From Ignavibacteriota bacterium (GTDB lineage: Bacteria > Bacteroidota > Ignavibacteria > Palsa-1295): a DNA stretch of 64,000 bases. The notes below the pieces were generated by a model. It saw only the letters and a program-made list of their open reading frames with translations. It was not told where the DNA came from and ran no database searches. Made by a program: the position numbers and the translations under genes. The DNA is taken from NCBI GenBank assembly GCA_963776895.1, contig CAVZOL010000009.1, forward strand, positions 146,030 to 210,029. The letters are read 5' to 3'. Positions 37,596 to 47,528 of the stretch are shown here, piece after piece (the stretch's first letter is position 1; each line of letters begins with the position of its first letter).

Positions 37596-38615
37596 ATGAC
37601 CGATTATATTGAGCGAATTAATACCGAACTAATCTCTTCCGAGGAATCTCTCTGCGAAGCGTTGGATCTTTTTGGCGGTTGCGGAGGCCTATCGCTCGGG
37701 TTTGAATCTTTAGGCATTTCTACCATCGGATTTGAGAAGGATCTTGATGCAGTGAATACTTATAATCGTAACCTAAAAGGCCATTGCGAGAACGTCCTTC
37801 TTTCACTTGATTCACAGTACCCAAGTACCAAGATTTTAATTGGTGGCCCTCCTTGCCAACCCTTTAGCGTTGGCGGACATCAATTTGGACTTCATGACTC
37901 ACGAGATGGATTTCCAATTTTTATTGCAGCCGTCGAAAAGCTCCAACCTGAAATTTTTCTCTTTGAGAATGTGCGAGGACTTCTCTACAGCAATCGGTGG
38001 TACTTTGATGAAATCGTCCAAGCTCTTGAAAAACTCGGATACCTGGTAGAACACCGGCTCTTGAATGCTATCAAATATGGAGTTCCACAGAATAGGGAGC
38101 GATTATTTGTCGTTGGGCATCGCGGAAAATTCCGATTCCCGGCGCATGAAGTAAAAGCTTATACTGTTTCGGACGCAATCGGAGATTCTCTACATTCGTT
38201 CGAAGAGGATTCAAAATTTTTAACCGAATCGATGGATCGATACATTAAAAAGTATGAAATAGCTTCGAAGTGTATTAATCCGCGAGATTTAGATCCGAAC
38301 CGGCCATCAAGAACCCTCACATGTAGAAATATCGCTGCTCCGACCGGGGATATGATTCGCTTGAGGCTACCGGATGGCAGACGGCGCAGATTATCCGTTC
38401 GTGAAGCCGCAAGGCTTCAAAGCTTTCCCGATTGGTTCAGATTTGAAGGGAATGAAACAAGCCAATTCTATCAAATTGGTAACGCAGTGCCTCCGATGCT
38501 CGGACGCGCACTTGCAAAATCAGTTATCAACTATCTCAATAGTCAGTTCCGGCACTCCTTCGATGATATTATGCAGATGAATTCGGAGAGTCAATCTCTT
38601 CTCCTTACAATTTGA
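37596..38615 (+). CDS. dcm: DNA (cytosine-5)-methyltransferase
   Basis: Motif I is DLFGGCGGLSLGF, motif IV is GGPPCQPFS, motif VI is ENV, motif VIII is QNRERLF and motif X is GNAVPP. Confidence 0.92.
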   Translation: MTDYIERINTELISSEESLCEALDLFGGCGGLSLGFESLGISTIGFEKDLDAVNTYNRNLKGHCENVLLSLDSQYPSTKILIGGPPCQPFSVGGHQFGLHDSRDGFPIFIAAVEKLQPEIFLFENVRGLLYSNRWYFDEIVQALEKLGYLVEHRLLNAIKYGVPQNRERLFVVGHRGKFRFPAHEVKAYTVSDAIGDSLHSFEEDSKFLTESMDRYIKKYEIASKCINPRDLDPNRPSRTLTCRNIAAPTGDMIRLRLPDGRRRRLSVREAARLQSFPDWFRFEGNETSQFYQIGNAVPPMLGRALAKSVINYLNSQFRHSFDDIMQMNSESQSLLLTI

Positions 38616-38617
38616 AA

Positions 38618-39604
38618 ATGCCGAAGCGTCAAGAAAAGAAATCCAAGTCGAAGGCGTTGCAGTCGTTAATCCATACGACCTGCGAAATACTATCGGAAAT
38701 TGGAATCCCGATGTCTGAACTTTCAGATCGGCGCAAAGAATTGATGGCGTTAAGCGTTATGGCGCTCGGAGGAATCAAAAGAAGCTGGACGGAGAACAAT
38801 CAAATAAAGCCACTTCGCTCTCGTGACATTATTGAATTTCTTCAGAATCATTATGACGAAAACATTTCCTCTGGCTCTTATGATGACATCAGACGAAAAC
38901 ATCTAAAATATCCCGTGCTATCTAACGCAGTAATTAGAAGTAAACCCAATGCTGCAACGAATGATGGAACCCGAGGCTATCTTCTCAATCCTGAATTTAA
39001 GGATCTGGCTGCTTCATTCCGTACTCTTGAATGGGAAATGAAACTCAAGACATTTATTGGAACTAATAGTCGGCTCGATAAAAAGCTTTCTAGAGAACGA
39101 AATCTGCCGAAGATACCTGTTGCACTACCGGATGGACTCCATGTGGAACTCAGTCAAGGCAAGCATAATGAATTACAGAAGGCTATCATCGAGGAATTTC
39201 TACCCCGGTTCACAAGTGAACCAGAAGTTCTCTATGTTGGCGATACATCGAATAAGGGTCTGCATAAAAACGAAAAACGGCTTTCCCAAATAGGCTTTTT
39301 CGAACTCTCTCACGAAGAACTACCCGATGTGATCGCATACATGCCGAGCAACAATTGGTTATTTCTCATCGAGGCGGTTCATTCAACTGGACCAATGAGC
39401 GAGGAACGGCTTCTTCAACTTAAAAAACTAACAGCCACTTGTTCGGCTGAGATCGTGTATGTTACGGCATTTCTGACGAAAAAAGATTTCCAAAAATGGA
39501 GCGGGCAAATAGGATGGGAAACGGAAGTTTGGATTGCTGAACGCCCGGATCACATGATCCATTATAACGGCGAGAAATTTCTTGGGCCATATAAGAAAGA
39601 ATGA
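38618..39604 (+). CDS. Type II restriction endonuclease candidate, with a BsuBI/PstI-like C-terminal region
   Basis: It starts 2 nt after the dcm stop. The block PDVIAYMPSNNWLFLIEAVHSTGPMS resembles the BsuBI/PstI C-terminal family, but this comparison is from memory and not verified. Confidence 0.5.
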   Translation: MPKRQEKKSKSKALQSLIHTTCEILSEIGIPMSELSDRRKELMALSVMALGGIKRSWTENNQIKPLRSRDIIEFLQNHYDENISSGSYDDIRRKHLKYPVLSNAVIRSKPNAATNDGTRGYLLNPEFKDLAASFRTLEWEMKLKTFIGTNSRLDKKLSRERNLPKIPVALPDGLHVELSQGKHNELQKAIIEEFLPRFTSEPEVLYVGDTSNKGLHKNEKRLSQIGFFELSHEELPDVIAYMPSNNWLFLIEAVHSTGPMSEERLLQLKKLTATCSAEIVYVTAFLTKKDFQKWSGQIGWETEVWIAERPDHMIHYNGEKFLGPYKKE

Positions 39605-39686
39605 AATTCTTGCCTCAAAAAAATTTTCGCATTTCTCATACGAGCGAAAATATTGTCGTATATTGATTGTGTTATTATAGGCACCT

Positions 39687-40976
39687 ATGAACCTCATCCT
39701 CTGTCATCTCGATATGGACGCATTCTTCGCTTCGGTCGAAGAAAAGCACGATCCGAGCCTGCGCGGCAAACCCGTGCTGGTATGCGCCGGTCCGGTGGGA
39801 CGCGGAGCGGTGGCTTCCTGCAATTATGTGGCGCGGCGGCTGGGCATAAAAACGGGCATGAGCACGCAGGAAGCGTTGCGCCAATTTCCTCAGGCGGTTC
39901 CCGTGCGCGCGAATTACGAGCACTATCAGGAGGCTTCCGAGCAAATTCTGCGTATTATCTACCGGTTCACGCCGGATGTCGAGCCGCTGAGTTTGGATGA
40001 ATCGTTTTTCGAATTCACGCACGTTCCGCGCTACCGCGACGATCCACTTGCGGCAGCGCAGGCCATTCAGCGCGCAATAGATGAGGAACTTGATCTAAGT
40101 TCCTCCATCGGCATCGCGAGCGGAAAAGTGCTGGCCAAAATCGGAAGCGATTTTAAGAAGCCGCATGGCATTACGGTCGTGCCGTTCGGCTATGAGCAGG
40201 ACTGGATCGCCACACTGCCCGTCGAAGCCGTGCCGGGCGTTGGAGCCGCTACAGAACGGAAACTTAAAGAGCTTGGCATCGAAGTATGCGGCGATATTTG
40301 CCAGATGGCTCCCGGCGTACTGCGCAAGCTGTTCGGGAATGTTCACGGGACTTTTCTCTGGAACATGGCGCATGGCCGCGATGCGCGTCCGCTCACGAAG
40401 CGCGGCGCGGCGAAATCCATATCGCACCAAAGCACGCTGCAAAAAACGACGACGGATAAAGATTATGTGGAATCGCTCTTGCTTTATATTGCCGAACGCT
40501 GCCTGTGGCGTTTACGAACGAGCGAAATGAGAACTCGCAGCCTTTCGATCTACATGCGATTCGCCGATCAGCGATTCGCGCAGCGCATGAGCCATCTAAA
40601 AATTCCTACGCAATCGGAGCAGGTTATCTTCCCGCTTATTTCCGCAATGACGCGCGAGATCTGGGCCGCAAACCCGCGCCCACGCGTAACGTTCATCGGA
40701 GTGCATCTCTCGGATTTCCAGCCAGCCACGGCACAGGAAAAATTATTTTTTGACGATACAGAAAAAAAAGAACGCCTTTCGCGTGCCATGTCTGGCCTTC
40801 GTGAAAAATTTCACTCACCGGTCGTCACCAGCGCCCGCACGTTCGGATTGCATCACTCCTATCGCCTCTCGCAAGCGGGGCTTTCATTCAGCACGGCAAG
40901 CGTCGAGAAGAAAGAATCGGCGGAAATGAAGGAGCGTGAAGCGAAGAAACTTATGACGATGGAGGAAGTAATGTAG
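39687..40976 (+). CDS. dinB: DNA polymerase IV (Y-family)
   Basis: Has LCHLDMDAFFASVEE, SLDESFFE and the little-finger region. It carries a C-terminal extension of about 70 aa. Confidence 0.9.
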   Translation: MNLILCHLDMDAFFASVEEKHDPSLRGKPVLVCAGPVGRGAVASCNYVARRLGIKTGMSTQEALRQFPQAVPVRANYEHYQEASEQILRIIYRFTPDVEPLSLDESFFEFTHVPRYRDDPLAAAQAIQRAIDEELDLSSSIGIASGKVLAKIGSDFKKPHGITVVPFGYEQDWIATLPVEAVPGVGAATERKLKELGIEVCGDICQMAPGVLRKLFGNVHGTFLWNMAHGRDARPLTKRGAAKSISHQSTLQKTTTDKDYVESLLLYIAERCLWRLRTSEMRTRSLSIYMRFADQRFAQRMSHLKIPTQSEQVIFPLISAMTREIWAANPRPRVTFIGVHLSDFQPATAQEKLFFDDTEKKERLSRAMSGLREKFHSPVVTSARTFGLHHSYRLSQAGLSFSTASVEKKESAEMKEREAKKLMTMEEVM

Positions 40977-41027
40977 GAGCTATTCGGACAAATGCAGGGA
41001 AATCGGCTTTTGCTCCATCGTTCCCAC

Positions 41028-41414
41028 TCAATATATCGACTTATATTCCTCCCTCAGAAGATCGGGCCATTGCTCATCCCAATTTGATTCATAAACAGTA
41101 AAATCGGAACCCTGGCAAGAGACTTGGCTTCCCTCATATACGAACGTCCACTTAATCCATTCGCCATCCTGCTGCCCCAATTCGCCACGCACAAACTTTT
41201 GATATAATTCAAAACGTGGTATGACAAGGAAGCTACCCCATTTGCCATTCCTTCGCAATGCGAGCACATACGTAAGTTCCACAGTTGGCGTAAGAACAAG
41301 TTGACTTCGCTTGAAACGGAATTGAGCACTACATCGCTTGTTTTCCTCGGATGCGGTTGCAGTTTTTACTTGTACGGGCCAATACCCTTCTTTTCCATCT
41401 TCAATTACGAACAC
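41028..41414 (-). CDS. Hypothetical protein, possibly a PD-(D/E)XK-like remnant
   Basis: GEDVFVIEDG...WPVQVKT resembles a D...(E/Q)xK motif. It has a GTG start directly after an in-frame stop and may be N-terminally truncated. Confidence 0.25.
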   Translation of the reverse strand: MFVIEDGKEGYWPVQVKTATASEENKRCSAQFRFKRSQLVLTPTVELTYVLALRRNGKWGSFLVIPRFELYQKFVRGELGQQDGEWIKWTFVYEGSQVSCQGSDFTVYESNWDEQWPDLLREEYKSIY

Positions 41415-41520
41415 GTCCTCTCCAACATCTATTTCTGGCGTCGCGGCATTATATCCTCAATATAAAAATTCCGAGAGAACCGCTAACTCACCGCTTCGTC
41501 CGACGAAAAGGGATTTTCGA

Positions 41521-41805
41521 TCAGGCATTCGCGGGAGGGAAAATTTTTGAACGCGTGATGGGATCAATCACCTCAAAGCCACCAAGCTGACGTAATTCAG
41601 ATTCCGATAGCTGAGTTAGAAGTTGAGCAACCTGGTCGTAAAGAGCGCCGCGGAACTGCTCAAAATCGCTTGCCGTGTCAAAAGCAATGAAGACACGCGG
41701 CAACGGGTGAAGCTCCGGCCACTGCTTTCTGAGTTCGGCCATGCTTAGAGGATTCAAACTGAATGTGAATCCATCGCGTTGGGGGCTTCGATCGATTTGC
41801 ACCAT
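41521..41805 (-). CDS. Hypothetical protein (94 aa)
   Basis: ORF only. Confidence 0.25.
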   Translation of the reverse strand: MVQIDRSPQRDGFTFSLNPLSMAELRKQWPELHPLPRVFIAFDTASDFEQFRGALYDQVAQLLTQLSESELRQLGGFEVIDPITRSKIFPPANA

Positions 41806-42098
41806 GAAAGTTGAAAATAGAATGATTTTTTATTGTAACATCGGGTGTAACATCGACAACTCCGAACTGGTTTGCCGTTGCCTTAATCGAAAAATAAACA
41901 AAAACAATATCCCATCGGAAACCAATCTGCTCATTTTGGGTTTCCATAGCTCTTCACGCTCGGTTCATCCTGGCGAACCGGTAAACGTGCATGGGTAACG
42001 ATATAATGAATTCATGATCTGTTCATCGAAACCTTAGCAATAAATGACCGTATCGTGCGCTTGGAAACTGATAGCTCAATTTCGGTTTCCTTAGCTCC

Positions 42099-42803
42099 TT
42101 GATGCATCCAGACACTACTATCGTTAAGCCAACCGCCGATCTGAGCAGCCGCATCGTCGATGCGGCGCGAGAGCTATTTCATGAGCATGGATACTCAAAA
42201 GTATCCGCGACCGAGATCGCGCAAGCGCTTGGGATCAGCAAAAAGACGCTCTATAAGGAATTCGAAACAAAGGAAGACATTCTTCGCGCGGTGATCTTGC
42301 CGAAGCTGAAGGAATCCTCAGAACGGATCGACGCGGTTCTTGCAAATAAGGCGATGCCCTTTCTGGATAAGCTGAAGGAAGTGATGTCCATGATCGGTTT
42401 TCAGCATCAGCGTGTTTCGCCGGTCTTGTCGCGGGATGTGTTCATTCACGCGCCGGAAGTATGGCAGGAAATTTACGAGGTCAAACAAGCACGCTTTCGA
42501 AAATTTGGGACGCTGCTCGAAGAAGGGATCAAACACGGCGTGTTTCGCTCGGATGTACCGGCGGAAGTTATTTTACGTAGTTATACCGCCGCCGTCGAGA
42601 ACTTAATGGCGCCGCAAACGCTCGGCGAACTTCCCTGCACGGCACAAGTCGCGTTCCAAAGTTTGATAACTATTCTCTTCGAGGGTATTCTCGAAACGGA
42701 TACGCGGAAAAAGGCTCCGAAGCGGAGAACGCTGCTCCGAAAGCCGGCGCGTTCGGTAGCAACACGGTCGCGCAATAAAAAAATAGTTCATTCGTCTAAG
42801 TAG
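42099..42803 (+). CDS. TetR/AcrR family transcriptional regulator
   Basis: The helix-turn-helix region is GYSKVSATEIAQALGISKKTLYKEF. It lies upstream of the efflux operon. Confidence 0.85.
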   Translation: MMHPDTTIVKPTADLSSRIVDAARELFHEHGYSKVSATEIAQALGISKKTLYKEFETKEDILRAVILPKLKESSERIDAVLANKAMPFLDKLKEVMSMIGFQHQRVSPVLSRDVFIHAPEVWQEIYEVKQARFRKFGTLLEEGIKHGVFRSDVPAEVILRSYTAAVENLMAPQTLGELPCTAQVAFQSLITILFEGILETDTRKKAPKRRTLLRKPARSVATRSRNKKIVHSSK

Positions 42804-42851
42804 CAATTTTAAATCGTCTAACAAAAGTCAGTCACCTTTTTCATCAATCGC

Positions 42852-43877
42852 ATGGCAGAAACAAATACGGAAGAGCAGAGCACAACAGAAAAAAAAGGTA
42901 TCGTGCGGAGAGTGATGCCGTTTATTTTCCTGGCCGTTCTCGTCGGAGCCGGGTTCTTCGGATGGCATATCATTCAATACAATAAAGTTCACGAAAGCAC
43001 GGACGACGCCCAGATCGATGTGGACATCACGCCGATCATCCCGCGCGTTGCCGGCTATGTTGCCGAAGTTCGCGTGAACGATAACGATCCGGTGGATTCG
43101 AACGAGATCCTTGTCACACTCGATACCAATGACCTGTACCTGAAGGTGGAAGCTGCTGAAGCTTCTCTCATGAATGTGCAAGCTGCGGCAAAAAGCTCCG
43201 AAGCAACCGCTTCCGTTGCGCACGCGAATGTTGCAACGGCAGAAGTCGATCGGCAAAAGGCTGCCGACGATCTTTCTCGTGCCAAGAATCTTTTCGCCGG
43301 CGGCGCGATCACGAAGGAGAAGCTCGATAACTATAAATCGGCGGATGAAGTCGCCGCAGCTCAGTTGAAGAGCGCTACCGATGCGGCGTCGGCATCCGAG
43401 GCACAAGTCGCCGTCGCTGAGTCGCAGATCAAGCAGAAGCAAGTCGATCTTGACAACGCAAAACTGCAACTTTCGTACAGCACGATCGTCGCGCCGGTAT
43501 CCGGTATCGTCGCGAAAAAGAATGTGGAGGTTGGCGAGTATATCCAGCAGGGCCAGCCGCTCATGGCGGTTACACAGCGCGATATTTGGATCACGGCCAA
43601 TTTCAAAGAGACGCAAATGCATGACTTGCAGATCGGTCAGCCGGTCGAGATCGATGTCGATGCCTATCCGGACTCTACCTTCCACGGGAGGGTACTCTCT
43701 ATTTCACCGGCAACGGGCGCGAAATTCTCGCTCTTGCCTCCGGATAATTCCACCGGGAATTTTGTAAAAGTTACCCAGCGCGTACCCGTTAAAATTCTTG
43801 TGGATCGTGGCGATTATTCGAAATCCCCGCTCCGGCCCGGCATGAGCGTGGATGTAACGGTTTCGACCGGAAAATAA
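42852..43877 (+). CDS. emrA: HlyD/EmrA-family membrane fusion protein
   Basis: Has an N-terminal TM segment, a coiled coil and the barrel-sandwich pattern TIVAPVSGIVAKKNVEVGEYI. Confidence 0.85.
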   Translation: MAETNTEEQSTTEKKGIVRRVMPFIFLAVLVGAGFFGWHIIQYNKVHESTDDAQIDVDITPIIPRVAGYVAEVRVNDNDPVDSNEILVTLDTNDLYLKVEAAEASLMNVQAAAKSSEATASVAHANVATAEVDRQKAADDLSRAKNLFAGGAITKEKLDNYKSADEVAAAQLKSATDAASASEAQVAVAESQIKQKQVDLDNAKLQLSYSTIVAPVSGIVAKKNVEVGEYIQQGQPLMAVTQRDIWITANFKETQMHDLQIGQPVEIDVDAYPDSTFHGRVLSISPATGAKFSLLPPDNSTGNFVKVTQRVPVKILVDRGDYSKSPLRPGMSVDVTVSTGK

Positions 43878-43878
43878 T

Positions 43879-43955
43879 GTAGCCGTGGCCTTTAGGCCAC
43901 GGTGTTAACTTACAATATTTATTTTATTTCTCCGTGACCTAAAGGTCACGGCTAC
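43879..43955. repeat. REPIN-like doublet of GTAG-headed palindromes filling the emrA-emrB gap
   Basis: GTAGCCGTGGCCTTTAGGCCACGG (43879-43902) and CCGTGACCTAAAGGTCACGGCTAC (43932-43955) are in inverted orientation around an AT-rich spacer. Confidence 0.7.
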
Positions 43956-43957
43956 GA

Positions 43958-45511
43958 ATGGCAGAACAAGGTTTTCGTAAATGGATCATCGTTATCACCG
44001 TCGTTACGGCGGCGGTGATAGAACTCATCGATACCTCGATCGTGAACGTCGCGATCTCGGATATGAGCGCGTCCCTCGGCGCGACGATCGAGGACGTCGC
44101 GTGGGTCATTACGGCCTACGCGATCGCGAACGTCATTATCATTCCTATGACGAGCTTTCTCGGCGGGCTGTTCGGACGCAGGAATTATTATGTGTTTTCC
44201 ATTTTACTCTTCACGGCAGCATCCTTTTTTTGTGGCAATTCCCATACGCTTGTAGAGCTTGTCTTTTTTAGATTCATGCAGGGTATTGGCGGAGGAGCGT
44301 TGCTTTCTACCTCGCAATCCATTCTCTTCGATACGTTCACGATAAAAGAACGCCCGATGGCTGCGGCCATTTTCGGTTTGGGCGTCGTCATTGGGCCAAC
44401 GATCGGCCCGACGCTCGGCGGATGGATCGTCGATAATTTTACCTGGCCGTGGATCTTCTTCGTCAATCTGCCGATCGGCATTACCGCTGCCATTCTTTCC
44501 TGGACGTATGTAAAAGAACCGAAGGACGAACGGAAAGTGGGACGCATCGACTGGGAAGGGATCGTATTGCTCATTGTTGGGATCGCTTCGCTGCAATATG
44601 TGCTCGAACGCGGCGAAACCGAAGACTGGTTCAATTCCCGCACTATCGTGACGCTCACGGTGACCTCTGCTATTGCACTCATCCTTTTTATCTGGCGCGA
44701 ACTGACGACGGAACATCCGGTCGTGGAACTGCATGTGCTCAAAAGCCGAACACTCGCATCCTGTGCATTCCTGACATTCATCATCGGGTTTGGACTATTC
44801 TCCTCTGTTTTTGTAATTCCCATCTTTGCACAGCAATTGCTGGGTTATACCGCGATGCAAACCGGTTTGCTGCTGCTTCCGGGAGCGATCGTCACGCTCT
44901 TTGTCTTGCCCTTTGTGGGCAAGATACAAGAACGAGGAATGCCGCCTCAACTCATGATCTTCACCGGATTTGCGCTTACTGCCGTCTATACGTTCATGCT
45001 TTCGCGCATCAGCCTCGATGCAGGATGGTGGACCTTTTTCGGCCCGTTGGTGATTCGCGGCATTGGGCTTCCGCTTTGTTTCATTCCCATTACGACGCTT
45101 GCAGTATCCGGGCTGAAACCGAGAGATATTCCGCAAGGCGTTGCGCTCAATAATATGATGCGCCAGCTTGGCGGGTCATTTGGAATTGCGATCGTCAATA
45201 CCTATTTGGCGAGCCGTATGGCCGTCAATCGCGTCGGGTTGATCGCGCATGTTACGCAGTATGGCGCAGCCACGCAGCAGCGGTTGAATGGGCTGGTGCA
45301 ATCGTTCGTTTCAAAGGGTTCGACACTTGCCACGGCTAAACAGCAGGGGCTTGCCGCGCTGGAAGGCATGGTGACCCGGCAGGTCATGATAAAAAGTTAT
45401 CTCGATATTTTTGTTTTTGTCACGATCTTTTTCGTGGCCTGTTTACCGCTCATTCTGACCATCCGGAAGGGACACGTCGTAGCAACGGCAGAAATGGCGG
45501 CTGCGCACTAA
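43958..45511 (+). CDS. emrB: MFS drug:H+ antiporter, DHA2 (EmrB/QacA) family, 14 TM
   Basis: Has LIDTSIVNVAI, motif A-like GGLFGRRN and about 14 TM segments. Confidence 0.85.
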   Translation: MAEQGFRKWIIVITVVTAAVIELIDTSIVNVAISDMSASLGATIEDVAWVITAYAIANVIIIPMTSFLGGLFGRRNYYVFSILLFTAASFFCGNSHTLVELVFFRFMQGIGGGALLSTSQSILFDTFTIKERPMAAAIFGLGVVIGPTIGPTLGGWIVDNFTWPWIFFVNLPIGITAAILSWTYVKEPKDERKVGRIDWEGIVLLIVGIASLQYVLERGETEDWFNSRTIVTLTVTSAIALILFIWRELTTEHPVVELHVLKSRTLASCAFLTFIIGFGLFSSVFVIPIFAQQLLGYTAMQTGLLLLPGAIVTLFVLPFVGKIQERGMPPQLMIFTGFALTAVYTFMLSRISLDAGWWTFFGPLVIRGIGLPLCFIPITTLAVSGLKPRDIPQGVALNNMMRQLGGSFGIAIVNTYLASRMAVNRVGLIAHVTQYGAATQQRLNGLVQSFVSKGSTLATAKQQGLAALEGMVTRQVMIKSYLDIFVFVTIFFVACLPLILTIRKGHVVATAEMAAAH

Positions 45512-45534
45512 AGGAACATGATGACGTTTAAATT

Positions 45535-46854
45535 ATGAAGTATGAAATGAAAAACATAGGAATTATTTTAGCCCTCACGATCGGATTTGCTTCCGGATTA
45601 AAGGCCCAGAGTGCCGACACGCTCACGCTTTCGCAAGCTGTCGCGATGGCGATCAAACATTCGCCCGCGCTCGAAGCAGGCATGGCGGCCATCGATCAGG
45701 CCAAAGCGCAGTACAACGAAGCTGAAAGCTACACGCAGCCGCAGTTCGCCGGCGACGCCAGTTATTCGCGTATCGATCCAGTCGTATCGATCCCCTTTTC
45801 GCTGCCGGGCCTGAACGAAACGTTCGTCACCGAGCCAAATAACAATTACAACGGCAACTTCTCGGTGCAACAGATCCTCTGGGCCTTCGGACGGTATGAC
45901 GCCGGCGACCGTCTGGCGGAGGTCGGCATTAAAAACGCGCAGGATAATCTCGATGCCTATAAAGCGCAGGCTGCGTATGCCACCACGCAGATCTACTATT
46001 CGATCCTTACGACCGATGAAGGTATCCGTGTAGAACAAGACCAACTAAAAGTGCTTCAGGGTGACCTTACCGATGCCGATCAACGGGTGAAACAGGGAAC
46101 GGCCACTTCGCTCGATACCCTGAATTTTGTCGCGCGTATTTCCCAGACACAAAGCGAGATCGCCGATCTCAATGCCGGACGCAGAAAACAAGTTGCGAGC
46201 CTGCGCAGGATCCTCGGAATGGAGCCGGGAACCCCGATAAATGTTACGCGCCCGGCGGTCGCCACTCCGATGTCCGAGGATCTGAACGTCCTCGATTCTA
46301 TCGCGGAAAAACAGCGTCCGGAGCTTGTCATGGCAAAGGACGCCGAAAATACCGCGCTTCTTCAAATCGATTATACAAAGCACAACAACGACCCGATGCT
46401 CACCGCAAGTGCTACCGGAGGTGTGAAGGACGGCTATTTGCCAAATCTTACACAAGGCAAGCTTAATTGGATAGGAACCGTCGATTTTCACATCCCCATC
46501 CTGGATGGTGGCCGCACGCAAGCGCAGATTGATGAAGCCTCCGCACAATATCGCGAAGCGCAGGCGCATACCGAAGACGTCAAACTGGGCGTGCAGGAAG
46601 ACGTGGAACAGGCTCTCGCCGATCTTCAATCCAGCCGCGCGCGCCTGAAATTAACGGACGTACAAATTGAGCAGGCACAGCAGGCGTACGATATTGCTGA
46701 AGTCCGCTACAAGAACGGAGCGGCAACAAATTTAGATGTGCTCACGGCAGAGGAAGCGCTCGAACAGGCAAAGCTCCAGCAGGCACAGCTTATGTTCTCG
46801 CTCGAAGTGAGCCAGTATAATCTGAATAAAGCTATCGGGACTCCGATGTGGTAG
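45535..46854 (+). CDS. tolC: TolC-family outer-membrane efflux protein
   Basis: Has a signal peptide, two repeated helical/beta halves and a typical ending ...YNLNKAIG. Confidence 0.85.
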   Translation: MKYEMKNIGIILALTIGFASGLKAQSADTLTLSQAVAMAIKHSPALEAGMAAIDQAKAQYNEAESYTQPQFAGDASYSRIDPVVSIPFSLPGLNETFVTEPNNNYNGNFSVQQILWAFGRYDAGDRLAEVGIKNAQDNLDAYKAQAAYATTQIYYSILTTDEGIRVEQDQLKVLQGDLTDADQRVKQGTATSLDTLNFVARISQTQSEIADLNAGRRKQVASLRRILGMEPGTPINVTRPAVATPMSEDLNVLDSIAEKQRPELVMAKDAENTALLQIDYTKHNNDPMLTASATGGVKDGYLPNLTQGKLNWIGTVDFHIPILDGGRTQAQIDEASAQYREAQAHTEDVKLGVQEDVEQALADLQSSRARLKLTDVQIEQAQQAYDIAEVRYKNGAATNLDVLTAEEALEQAKLQQAQLMFSLEVSQYNLNKAIGTPMW

Positions 46855-46859
46855 GAAGA

Positions 46860-47262
46860 TTACCGGATGAAGAGAATCTTGCAAACCTTTTGCTCGGCGA
46901 TCTTGTCGAATTCGGCGTGATCGTAAGTGACTAATGTTGCATTGAGTCGTCTGGTAAGAGCAACAGCGAACGTGTCGGCGATTGAGATTTTTTTGATGCT
47001 GATTTAAGTTGTCCCGCGTCTTCCATAGCGCAGGATCCATGTCCTCTCGAATCTCGATTCCTACTTCCATTGCTACATCGAGACTTCTGTTCGCGGCTTG
47101 AACTCCTTCTGACCGGTCGAGGTCGTAATAGACCTCATACATGTTGATAGCATGCATAGCAACCTTAGATTGGATATCCATCAAAATATCCCTGACGACC
47201 TCGCCACCTGCTTCACGCCGAAAGAAGGCTATCAACGCACAGGCATCGAACGTGTAATTCAC
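46860..47262 (-). pseudogene. vapC: PIN-domain toxin gene with frameshift(s)
   Basis: The N-terminus is MNYTFDACALIAFFRRE. The expected C-terminus ISIADTFAVALTRRLNATLVTYDHAEFDKI is in another frame. Indels lie near 47010-47050, including an A7 run. Confidence 0.65.
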
Positions 47263-47444
47263 GTTCGACGATTCCTTTTATTACGCTCTTCAAATTCAAT
47301 CTCTTCCTCCTTGCGACGAGCAAAGTCTTCGGAACTCGTCTTCGAATGCGAAAACAAACCGAAGGCCAGAAGAACGCGGGCCTTTCGATCGATTTCTGAT
47401 TTCGAGGTAGATTTCCGTTTTACATGTTTAGCGCTGGTGTGCAT
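47259..47444 (-). CDS. Putative antitoxin of the PIN gene (61 aa)
   Basis: Internal Met of track ORF 47259-47525. It overlaps the PIN start by 4 nt. Confidence 0.35.
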   Translation of the reverse strand: MHTSAKHVKRKSTSKSEIDRKARVLLAFGLFSHSKTSSEDFARRKEEEIEFEERNKRNRRT

Positions 47445-47528
47445 AAAAGTTAAACAAGAGGAATAGGCTGTAAAGGTTCTAATTATTTGAATGTCGATAA
47501 GAAAGTAAACAAATAAAGTAACCACTTC

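Noticed and set aside
42828-43685. A 285-aa minus-strand ORF
   Set aside because: It is antisense to the HlyD/EmrA gene, which has clear family features and operon context.
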